Below, piece after piece: positions 10,318 to 20,782 of a stretch of 64,000 bases of DNA; positions within the stretch are counted from its first letter, which is position 1, and each line of letters begins with the position of its first letter. The notes under the pieces are model-generated. The model was not told the DNA's origin. It saw only the letters and a program-made list of their open reading frames with translations, and did no database searches. A program made the position numbers and the translations under genes. The stretch covers positions 1-64,000 of the forward strand of contig QPMI01000004.1 in NCBI GenBank assembly GCA_004431415.1. The letters run 5' to 3'. The stretch comes from Cyanophora paradoxa CCMP329 (Eukaryota; Plantae; Glaucophyta).

Positions 10318-13294
10318 GAGAGAGAGAGAGAGCAAGTAAAAGACACGCCCACGCCAGCAAGACTGGGTATGACAGAACCGCAGAGGCCCTAATGGAGCTT
10401 GCAAGGCTCTGTCAGGGACCACTAGCGTGGTAGTGATGAGAGATGCTCTTGAGAACCTGCGAAAGACAGCTGCACAAAGTCCTACCCGGGCCGTAGGTCC
10501 CATGCAAAGAAAAGCCCTAACTTTCCTGAACTGACCTGCTCCCTAACAGGCCAGACAGGGTGTTAGGGAAGACGGGAGAGGGAAACCGAAGACGATCATT
10601 CAAGATTAGAAGTACAGAAAAAAATTACACAATTGTGTCATTAGAACCAGAAGGAGTAGAGGGATCAGAGGGCGAGAAGCTTAGCACTAGGCTACGGCCA
10701 GTGCCATCGAGATGCTGACCTTCCTCAAATGAATCAGAAACGATTTCTCAGGGCCAGAAGAGAAGAGTATGTATAAGACACGCCGAGCGGTTGTGCGGTT
10801 TGACGAAAGGCGAAGGACCGAAGGCCCGAAGCAAGGGCCAGCTGCTTGCGAGCCTCATCATAAAAAGCATCGAGGCGGGGGCGCACAGAGGCAGGCAAAA
10901 AGTAAAACATGGGATCCTGATGGAAGTGGTACAAGAAGTGTGCTCATCAACATCAAGAATGCTGTATTTTTGTCAGGCTCCTGGCAAGGGATCTGGTAGC
11001 AAGGAGAGGTGGAGGCAAAAGAGTAAGAAGAAGGATCGAGAGCCTTGCCATTGTGAGCAAGAGAGGAATAATACTCAAGAGAAGAGTACTCAGGAAGAAG
11101 AGTCTGCACATAAAATTTGTGAATGTAGTTATCCGAGCCAAGAATCATGAGGGAACGCATGGCGAGGGGCCGAGCGGGCCGAGGCTTGATGAAACTAGTA
11201 CGACGCTCGAGGCTCTGGAAGAGCATAGAAGCCAGGGCACTTTCAAAATAGACTAAGATGAGCACGATCGGTATGAGCAGCAGGAAATCACCAAGCTCAG
11301 GGCGACAAAGAAGATCATAGCGGGAGCCAGAGCAGTGAAAGTGGTCTTAGCGACCATATCAAGTACAGGCTGAGTAAAGGCAGCTGCCAGAAAAACTGGA
11401 GAAGGAATGGACTTATCCAAGCCAGCGAGTTTGAAGGGATTGAAGGGGATGGTGTTCTCAGAATTCAGCTCTACACGCTCAACAGGAAGCGAAGACATAA
11501 AGACACAATCTGGCTTGGAAAGGTTAAGTGCCATCGTTTTGAGTTCAAGCCAGGAAGGCTTGGCGCCAAGGCGAATGAGGAAGCGGGGTGGCTTAGCACC
11601 AGAGGGGCCAGCACCATTGGAGGACTCAGGGGCAGTACGGAGAACAGATTGATAATAAGAAAGCTCGATCGGGAAAAATTGGTCTACCACATCAGAGACA
11701 CCAACAGTCTTAAGGCCATAAAAGACATCATATGCTTGAAGGAAATGGGGCTTGGTCTGCAAAGGAGTGAGGGTCGAAAGCATGGTACGAGCTGGGTGAG
11801 AAATTGGAGTACAGTTGAAAATCGAAGACAAGGTACGATGATGAGCTAAATAGGCGCCAAAGCCACCAACAACTGAGCGATAGTAAAACTGATAAGTGAA
11901 AGCATTGAAGGTAGCACCACTATAGGAATCCTGAGAAGTGGACTGCTTAACAAAGCCGTGCTTCGCGGAGGAGGACCATGGGTGCTGAGAGAACATGGAA
12001 TTGATGGGAGCAGGCGGTTCTGGAGGCCGAGAGGCGGACAGATTCAGGAGGTCACGGCCAAAGTCTGCAGGTTCATTCACGATGACACCTTCCTGGATAC
12101 AGAAGCGCATGGCGACGGAGACATCATCGAAGGGCTTGCAAGAGCGAAGCGCATCGGCAAGGACAGTCTGAACATGCATGTACTTGGGCAGGCCGCCAAT
12201 CTTGCGGGTGACGGGCCGCGTCATGAACGCGGCAAACTCGCGGACGCGAGGAAGGTGGTGGTAGTCAGGGACGCGGGAATTGCCGAAAGCGATGGTGACT
12301 GAGCGTCAACAGCGAAGAAGTCGGCAACCTCCACAGAACCCTCAAGTGCACGGGGAGCCGGCGGCGGTCCCTGCTGCTGGCGGCGCTGCCCCGGAGCACG
12401 GGCGGATTGGCGGACATTCTAAAAGCTGCGTACAGTGGAGCAAAGGTCAGGATTGTCCGAGATGGAAAGATTTGAACGTTGGCTGGGCGAGCCACAAATC
12501 GGCGTCTAAGCGCGCAGCTGGCGGCCAGGATCTGCGTAAAGAGCGCACCCGGCACACGGGGCGAGAGGTATGTGGCCAGAGGCCAGAAATGGGGCCGACG
12601 GCCAACGGGGGGGGTACGGCAAACTGAGCAACAAGGGGCTAGGGGCCAGATCGGGGCTAGGAGCAGGCTGAGCGATATGTTCGCAATGCTCATAAGAGGC
12701 TAGGGAATGGTCATAAGCAGCGAGCAGCGTCCAAAGAGATTAGCGCAAAATGAGGAGTGAGATGGATCAACCGTTGAACCGTAGAAATGAAACGGAAATC
12801 CCCACGGACATAAGTGACTTTGAATCGAGGTAAACGACGAGGAAGCATGTCCATGAAATCATCGAGCTCGCGAAACAAGGCAGACATCAGAGTGGCCGTC
12901 TTCAAACCGGTTTTGGAGGAAGGCGTAAGGGGCAGCTGTATGTCAGGGTCCATCGCAAACGTAGCAGCAGCTTCAGAGCGACCTGTATGATAGGCTAGAG
13001 AATACGAGCAAAATGACGTGCAGACCAAGAATCCGAACAACCTGCCACTCCCAGTTCTGGAGAAACATCCAAGTATCAGAGAAACGGACCGAGCCAGTGA
13101 GCAGCCAGGCAACAAAGCGTGCAGAAGGGATGGGCATCGGCTGGAGCTGCAGGGCATGGAAGAGAAGCGACCAGAACTGCTGCACTACGGGGCAAAGAGC
13201 AAAGACGTGCAGCGCGTTGCAGTGCCGGTGGCAGACCGGACATAGCGAAGAGAGAAGCTCACTGTCAAGCAAATTCGCCGAAGCGGGACGCTGA
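10318..13294 (-). mobile_element. 5'-truncated L1/Tx1-like LINE, family B (zf-RVT, long downstream coding region, 3' UTR, (CT)n tail)
   Basis: CPVCHRHCNALHVFALCPVVQQFW CCHC finger; then ORFs 12224-11253, 11265-10858 and YHFHQDPMFYFL; tail at 10318-10332. Confidence 0.8.
10758..10831 (-). mobile_element. Very short family C 3' end inserted in element B
   Basis: Flanked by CA(A)GGGCCAG TSD; empty site visible at 16400-16409. Confidence 0.8.
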
Positions 13295-14430
13295 AGATCA
13301 CGTGAAAAAAAAGAGAGAGAAATGCAGTAGACACATCCATGCCAGCAAGACTGGGTATGACAAAGCCGCAGAGGCCCCGAATGGGACGTGCAAGGCCCGT
13401 CAGGGACCCACTAGCATGGGGAGTGAGTGGAGCCGCATACAGGACCCTGGGCCACCACCCCCAGGGCGCCAGCAAGGAAATAGAACACCCTATGTGGACA
13501 TCCGACGGCGCCACATAGGAAGGGCCTGAATCCCGTGACGGCCCGCTCCCTGTCGGGCGGCCCGAGGGTATCAGGAGGCCCCGCAGGGACAAAGAAAAAT
13601 ATACGGTCATGTAGTACTCAGGATTACTCATTAAAAGCAGCATCTGCCATACCAACAGAAGAGTTGTTAGACTCAGGATCAGAAACTTGAAAGACGAGTA
13701 CGCTTGCTAGCAGGAGCATCAGAAGACTGGGCCTGAGCCTGTGCTGCTGCGGACTCACGAGTAATCTGCTGAGCAGTGGCAAAAGCACGCTGAATGGAAT
13801 GGAAACGAATGATCTCCTCACGAGTAGTAGAGCTCAAGAAATAGAAAACAGGATCTCGATGAAAGTGGTACAAGACACACTTATCACCAGCTGCCCGAAG
13901 ACTGTAGTAAGGAGTATCAAAGGGAGGATTAAGGTCTGTGCATTCCTGGGCAGCCGGAACAGGGCAATCTGCCTCAGAGTGAGCGGAAAAAGCGGAGAGG
14001 CTAGACCATTTCTGAGTAGAAGCCAAAGACATATAATACTGGAGAGCAGAGAATTCCGGTTTGAAGCTATTGAAATGGAAGCGACTGATGCCACCGGATG
14101 TGCCCATAAGACCAAGAGAGACTAGCCGAGCAGAAGAGCCATCATCCTTCTTAAGAGGAGAATACTGCTTCATAGCTGCCTTATGAATGGGATGAGTAGA
14201 AGGGACACGAACAAGAAGACTAAAGCGGCAGCTGAAAGGATGATTCGGGGAGACGGAGTCCCAGGATTCGAAGGTAGGCCGACAAAAGACAGAAAAACTG
14301 CGGCTGTCTGGAGAAGCAGATACAACGTGCTGGAAGGTCTTGATAGGCTGGTGGAACGCTACAAGGCAAACATCAGGGCTGGCTTCGAAGTCAATGGGAG
14401 TATCAGAAAGAGAGATAGTCCGAGTCTTAT

Positions 14431-15594
14431 GAGGAATGTACCCCCCTGCGTGGGCGCGCCTGTTTCCGGGCCATCCTGCCACTCGCCGCGGCGTCCTAGC
14501 ACTGGTTCGTGCTCTCCTTACTGTCCTTGTACATCATACGCATGCGCCTCGTGTGAATTCGGCATTCGTGCCTTTCATCTCGGCCGTTGTGCCATTCCCC
14601 TGCCTGTCGCGGCTGTATACTTCATCTTCGATGCAACACGTCTGAAATGCGCCCTCTGACATGCCTACGTCACGCCGTCGCCTGGCGCCTTTTCCCGCTA
14701 ACCGCTTCGTCGCTGTAGACGTGGCTGCTCATTGCTTGCTCTCCTTCAGTGCGCATTGCATCTCTGCATCTTTATGTCGTCCGGTAGCCGATCGCATCGC
14801 TAACAAGCCGACCTTTCTGCCACCATTGCTAACTGCTGCCTGCGCTTCGGCATAGCATTGTCTGCTTGCTGCGCATCGCCTCGACTCACCTCCTTCGACT
14901 CACCTCGCTTGCTCCGCATGCCGCTGCCGGACGCTGTCGCACACCTCCTTCGACTCACCTCAGGCGTGCTCCTACTCGTGAGTCAGAGACACAGACCCAG
15001 GCCCAGTTTTCTACTGCTCCTGCTAATAAGCGCTCGCGGATTTCTGACGGACAGACTCTGTTATACACCTTCCTTGACTCACCTTGTTTGCTCCGCATGC
15101 CGCTGTCGGACACTGTCGCATACCACTCACTTCAGCTCTGCTGCTCCAGATTACTCGTGAATCCGTTGCACAGGCTCAGACCCAGTCTTCTGATGCTAAT
15201 AAGCGCACTCGTCTTTCTGATCCGGAGACTAATAACTCTTCTGTTGGTATGGCAGATGCTGCTTTTAATGAGTAATCCTGAGTACTACTTGACCTTATAT
15301 TTTTTTCTTTGTCCCTGCGGGGCCTCCTGATACCCTCGGGCCGCCCGACAGGGAGCGGGCCGTCACGGGGATTCAGGCCCTTCCTATGTGGCGCCGTCGG
15401 GTGCCCACATAGGGTGCCCTATTTTCTTGCTGGCGCCCTGGGGGTGGTGGCCCAGGGTCCTGTATGCGGCTCCACTCACTCCCCATGCTAGTGGGTCCCT
15501 GACGGGCCTTGCACGTCCCATTCGGGGCCTCTGCGGCTTTGTCATACCCAGTCTTGCTGGCATGGATGTGTCTACTGCATTTCTCTCTCTCTCT
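14431..15594 (+). mobile_element. Family A internally rearranged derivative A3
   Basis: 10-bp TSD CGAGTCTTAT (14421-14430, 15595-15604). Has the family A 5' and 3' ends, and an internal duplication of about 180 bp (14885-15220). Confidence 0.85.
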
Positions 15595-15956
15595 CGAGTC
15601 TTATCGATGTGCCAGCGGGGAGCCGACGCCGCAGAAGTGGACAGGAAGATAGATTCCGGCTCCTGAAGAGCATGCTGGAAGCTAAGAATTTCAGTGATAA
15701 AGTCGTCGCGCGAATATAAGCCGACATGGTTCAAAGAGCTATCTGCCTCAGACATGGCAGAGGTAGGAGGCTGATAGCCAAATTCATACCAAAAGAAGTG
15801 ACAAGAACCTTTGGAGGAAGGAGCAAAGGAAGTGGATACAATAGCTGCTGGTAAATTATCAAGTGCTCGGATAATAGGATCTTTATGGGCTTGCCGGACA
15901 TTCCGAGAAACTACATGAGTATCAGGAAGAAAACCAAAAAAAGTATTCATGGTGCG

Positions 15957-16476
15957 AGAGAGAGAGAGAGCAAGTAAAAGACACGCCCACGCCAGCAAGA
16001 CTGGGTATGACAGAACCGCAGAGGCCCCTAAAGGAGCTTGCAAGGCTCCGTCAGGGACCCACTAGCGTGGGTAGTGATGAGAGATGCTCTCGAGAACCTG
16101 CGAAAGACAAGCTGCACAAAGTCCCTACCCGGGCCGTAGGGTCCCCATGCAAAGAAAAAGCCCTAACTTCCTGAACTGACCTGCTCCCTAACAGGCCAGA
16201 CAGGGTGTTAGGGAAGACAGGAGAGAGGGAAACCGAAGACGATCATTCAAGATTAGAAGTACAGAAGAAAATTACACAATTGTGTCATTAGAACCAGAAG
16301 GAGTAGAGGGATCAGAGGGGCGAGAACGCTTAGCACTAGGGCTACGGCCAGTGCCATCGAGATGCTGACCTTCCTCAAATGAATCAGAAAACGATTTCTC
16401 AAGGGCCAGCTGCTTGCGAGCCTCATCATAAAAAGCATCGAGGCGGGGGCGCACAGAGGCAGGCAAAAAGTAAAAA
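15957..16476 (-). mobile_element. Family B 3' fragment nested in A2
   Basis: Matches 10318-10905; (CT)n tail; a small target deletion instead of a TSD. Confidence 0.8.
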
Positions 16477-17415
16477 AGGCATTAATTGCCCCAAGCTGAA
16501 GTGCTGGGTGGAGGCGGAAGCGATAAACATCACATTGGCGAGGATTGGTTGGAAAAGCTTCCTGAGTCTTAGTGTTAATCCAAGATGGCTCAGACTGGGA
16601 CAGCTGCTGTTCAGCGGTAACAGAAGAGCCCGAAAAGGCAGGAAACTGACAGAGGGCCTCTAGTGAGCCCTTGCGAGATTTGAAGAAAGTTTCACGATCA
16701 AAGGACTTGATACGGCGGACATCAGCAGTCTCGCCCTACACAGGGGTGAAAGAGTACATAAGCTCGATATCAAGGGCTGCACTGGAGGTAAACTGAGAGC
16801 GAGCGGCAACAAGAGCATCACGGCCCAAAGGACAGACTGAAAAAGTGCCATATTTCCGAGGGACAGGGGAAGTGAGGTAAACTGGCCAGCCGCCAATGAC
16901 GGGGGCATCAGAGGGAAGCTGAAAGCGAGGAGCAGCAGGACCGCGACGTGGGCCGGAAGCCGATGAGGCAGAATCTGCAGAGACACCCGCAAACGGGTCC
17001 ATAACGGAAATACTGGCTGATGGAGCATCCACCCGCGCGTCACGGTGAGAAGCTTGACGAGACATGAGTAGTGGAGCACAATGCGCACTGCGCAGCAAGC
17101 CACTGCACGTATGACAGTCAGCGTCACATCCGATGGCGGGAAGTTCGAATCGGAGAAGTCCGGCGAAGGGCGAGGCGCATGAAGAAGGTCGCTAGGTGAC
17201 ATGGCACTAGATGACAGAGAGGTAGCCACATCGGGCAAGGGATTGGCACAACGGCCGAGGTAAAAGGCACGAATGCCGAATTCGGATGCGGCGCATGCGC
17301 ACGATGGAAGAGGACAGGAGGGAGAGCACGAACCAGTGCGAGGATGCCGCGGCGAGTGGCAAGATGGCCCAGGAGCAGGCAGGCCCACGCCGGGGGTACA
17401 GATCACGTGAAACCT

Positions 17416-18610
17416 TCAGCCATCAGTCATGTCATCAGCCTCTTCGTCAGAGATAAGCACCATTGGGGAACCTGGGTCATCAGCGAGATCCATAGGGGCA
17501 GCGGATGGGAGAGTTGGAGGAGGTGAAGGCCGCAAGCGTTTGAAAGAAACCTGAGGTGGGACACCAGGAATGTTATCACCATGATCCAGAGCACCAGGGT
17601 CTGGAGAAGTCACTCGACGACGCTTAGGCGGGACAATAGAAGGAGAAAGAGGACCAGTATCCATGGGCTTCATAGGCGCAGAAGAAGGCAGAGGGGCAGA
17701 AGAGGGAGGAGCTAGGGAAGCAATGACAGCATGACTCGCGAAGTCGGGCTCAACATCAACAGCGTCGATTCGGATAGGAGAGATCGGCAGCAGATCAGGG
17801 GCAAGCTCAGTGTCATCCACATAGATGATAACTTGAGGAGAGGGCCGAGGTGAACCTGTGTCATTGATAGCAGCACCAACACGAGAAGGAGAACGATGAG
17901 CACGAGAAGACGAGGCAGCAGCACTAGCAGACTGACGAGCAGCACGAGCCTCACGAGTAATGATATCTGCAACATGCTGACCCTTCTGCTTAATGTGGAA
18001 AGACTTAATAGTGTCGGAGACAGCAGCGGGCAAAAAGTAAAAAGTAGGATCACGGTGGAAGTGATATAAAATGCGAGAATCGGAAAGAGCCCGAATGGTA
18101 TAATACGCAAACAAAACTAGGGGCTTCTGCAATGTTGGCGTACCCTGCAACCCCAGTCCACGGGCGTGTCTTTTGCTTCTGTCTTTTGCTGCATCTCTTT
18201 TTCTCTACCAAATTTAAATAGTGTTCTCCTGTTTGTTTTTGCGCTTTCTGCATTTTTTAATACTGCTTTTGGGCTTATTTGTCCAGTTTTCCCGAATGTT
18301 CTTCCAGGTTTCCCCCCCACACCCCTCTTCCCTAACACCCTGTCCGGCCTGTTAGGGAGCAGGTCGGTTCAGGAGTTAGGGCTTTGTCATTGCATGGGGG
18401 CCCTACGGCTCGGGTAGGGACCTTGTGCAGCTTGTCTTTCGCAGGTTTTCAAGAGCATCTCTCATCACTACCCACGCTAGTGGGTCCCTGACAGAGCCTT
18501 GCAAGCTCCTTTAGGGGCCTCTGCGGTTCTGTCATACCCAGTCTTGCTGGCGTGGGCGTGTCTTTTACTTGCTCTCTCTCTCTATAATACGCAGTACGAA
18601 GAGGATGGGT
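17416..18610 (-). pseudogene. Third ORF X paralog (family C type), interrupted at 18110-18582
   Basis: HPLRTAYYTIRALSDSRILYHFHRDPTFYFL reads through once the insert is removed. Confidence 0.65.
18110..18582 (+). mobile_element. SINE-like element with the family B 3' end
   Basis: 11-bp TSD TATAATACGCA (18099-18109, 18583-18593); (CT)n tail. Confidence 0.85.
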
Positions 18611-19079
18611 ATGATCTGTACACTCCTAGTCTAGGCCTAGCCTAGTAGGGCTGTATACGTAATATTAATATTAATGGCGGTGGCCCAGTGGTACATTCTT
18701 CGAACTTGGAATTCGAATATATAAACCATGGCCAAGCAGTCAGAAGCTTAAGCTTCTTATAAATTAAGTTCTTCTTCACTGAGTCATACAGCATAATTAT
18801 CCAATATGAACCCTTGAAGCAACCTTTGTTGCCAGCCTGGTTTCCACTGAGTCGAGCCACTCGTACCATGTACCCCAGTCAGTAGTCTTGCTGTACCCTC
18901 CAGGACCGCACCACGGCTCCCAATACAGCCCCACCACCCCTCGGGGCAATCTCGCGTGTAGCGCACGGGCTTGGAGCACAGCTGGGCAGCCACAGCACAG
19001 CAGAGCGGGCCAACAACACCAATAATACCTTATAATTACATATATATAGCTAGCTATGCTTTCTGTCACTGAGTCAGGG

Positions 19080-20760
19080 CGTATTGCCGGACTTGGGATC
19101 CGGAGCTTTAAAGTTCATGTAAATTCTTGATGGAGCCGTTCCTGTACGTACCTCTTCGGAGCTCTATATCCGATGATCGAAAATTTTGCCTTCATGATAC
19201 CTTCAATTCACCCAATCAGCCTGCAGGTCGCCCTGTGTCTTTGGGTGGGCTTGGTGCGCCCTGTCCCGCCGGGGCTCCGCGAGGCTCACTTGTATTTCCA
19301 GCTGGCTTTTGCCGCAAATTCTTTCAAGTTTGGGCCCATGGGATCCGGATCGTGGCTCGCTTCTCCGATGGCACTTCGATCGATCCTGGACGAGAAATTA
19401 TTAATGCTTTTACAGAGAACGGTGGCTTTGGGCTCTGGCTTCCTTCTCTAAACACAACTCAGTGACTGATCGCTTGGTGAAGCCGTTGTGAAGCCGTTCC
19501 TTCTTTGAAGCCTGGCGGACAATATTCGATGTCAAGAGGCCCCGCTGTGCTCAGCGGCTTCAAAAAGCTTGGGATTTCCTGCGTATGCGTATGCCTGCGT
19601 ATGCAACCATGAAACACGAACCTGGTGGTCTCGCTATTGGCCCTTTCTCGAGACTTGCTGCTGAGCGCCTCTCGCTCCAGGGTGTAGCTCTCTGTCGCGT
19701 TCGTCTTCTTCCTGGCGCACAGCTCGCTTTCCGTTAGGTTGACGTGCCCTGCAGTGCTTCGATTGACAGTCCCGTTGCCCTCCCCGATGTGCTTGCAATC
19801 CGGCCCGCGGCCCGTGCGATCGACTTCATTCCCGTGCCTGCGCATGCGCTTAGCCTCGTTAAGAACGCTTGCAAGTTGTCCTCCATGCCCGCACTCGTCC
19901 GACGCGCGCACTGATCGCTTTCCCTGGTTCAACACGGTGATTCCCGACCTGCGCTACGCTCTCAAGCAGCGCGTCCTTGACGGCTAACGCTCTCCGCACA
20001 TCGTCTCGTATCGCTGATATGATATTCAGCGTCCTGCTTCGGCAAATTTGCTTGACAGTGTCCTCTCTTCGAATTCTCTGTGTCCGGTCTGCCACCGGCG
20101 CTGAAATTGCAATGCGCTGCACGTTTTCGTTCTCTGCCCTGTTCAACGGTTGTGCATCAGTTCTGGTCGCTCATCTTTCATGCCCTGCAGCTCCAGCCGA
20201 TGCCTATTCCGGATCCTTCCGCACAGGCTCGGTCCGTTTCGCTGACTCCTGGATGTTTCTCAGAGTCTGCAGAACTGGGAGTGACAGATTGTTCGGATTC
20301 TTGGATTGCACATCATTTTGCTCGTACTCTCTGGCCTATCGTGCAGGTCGCTCAGAAGCTGCTGCTACGCTTGCAATGGACCCCAACACAGAGCTGCCCC
20401 TTACGCCTTCCTCCAAGACGGGCTTGAAGACGGCTACTCTGATGGCTGGCCTGTTTCGCGAGCTTGACGATTTCATGGACATGCTTCCTGACCCTTCACA
20501 CTCTTTGTTCAATCATGAATGCTAATGTCTCAGAGTCTTGGATGCTGCTCGTGCTTATGAACATTCTCTAGCCTCTTTTTGAGCACTGCGAGCATATTGC
20601 TCAGCCTGCCCCTAGCCCCGATCTAGCTCCTAGCCCTCTTGTACATGTTGCCCAGTTTGCCTGTTGCCCACGTACTCTTCTGGCAACCAAGCTACCCGGT
20701 GACCTGCCGTTGCGTCTGCAAGCTACCCTTCCATGGGGAACTATGCATGTCTCCCGAAGC
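19080..20760 (+). pseudogene. Degenerate LINE ORF2 C-terminal fragment (family B relative)
   Basis: GGFGLWLPSL post-RT-like motif. The zf-RVT region 20020-20660 aligns with 13290-12615. Confidence 0.75.
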
Positions 20761-20782
20761 TGCCCTAAAGTTGCAAAAGCAA

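Larger units (their letters stand above)
13308..17399 (-). mobile_element. Family A copy A2, full length (about 2.4 kb without its two nested inserts)
   Basis: 13-bp TSD AGATCACGTGAAA (13295-13307, 17400-17412); (CT)n tail; homologous to 456-2106 and 9090-9506. Confidence 0.85.

Noticed and set aside
6750-11250. Dense frameshifts suggesting an old, decayed gypsy element
   Set aside because: The 3' LTR and nearby repeats differ from their partners almost only by single-base deletions, typical of long-read consensus error. The element may be young and intact.
17330-17399. HDV-like ribozyme at the family A 5' end (contains TCCTCGC)
   Set aside because: I could not assemble P1/P2/P3 pairings, and the word is not conserved in A3.
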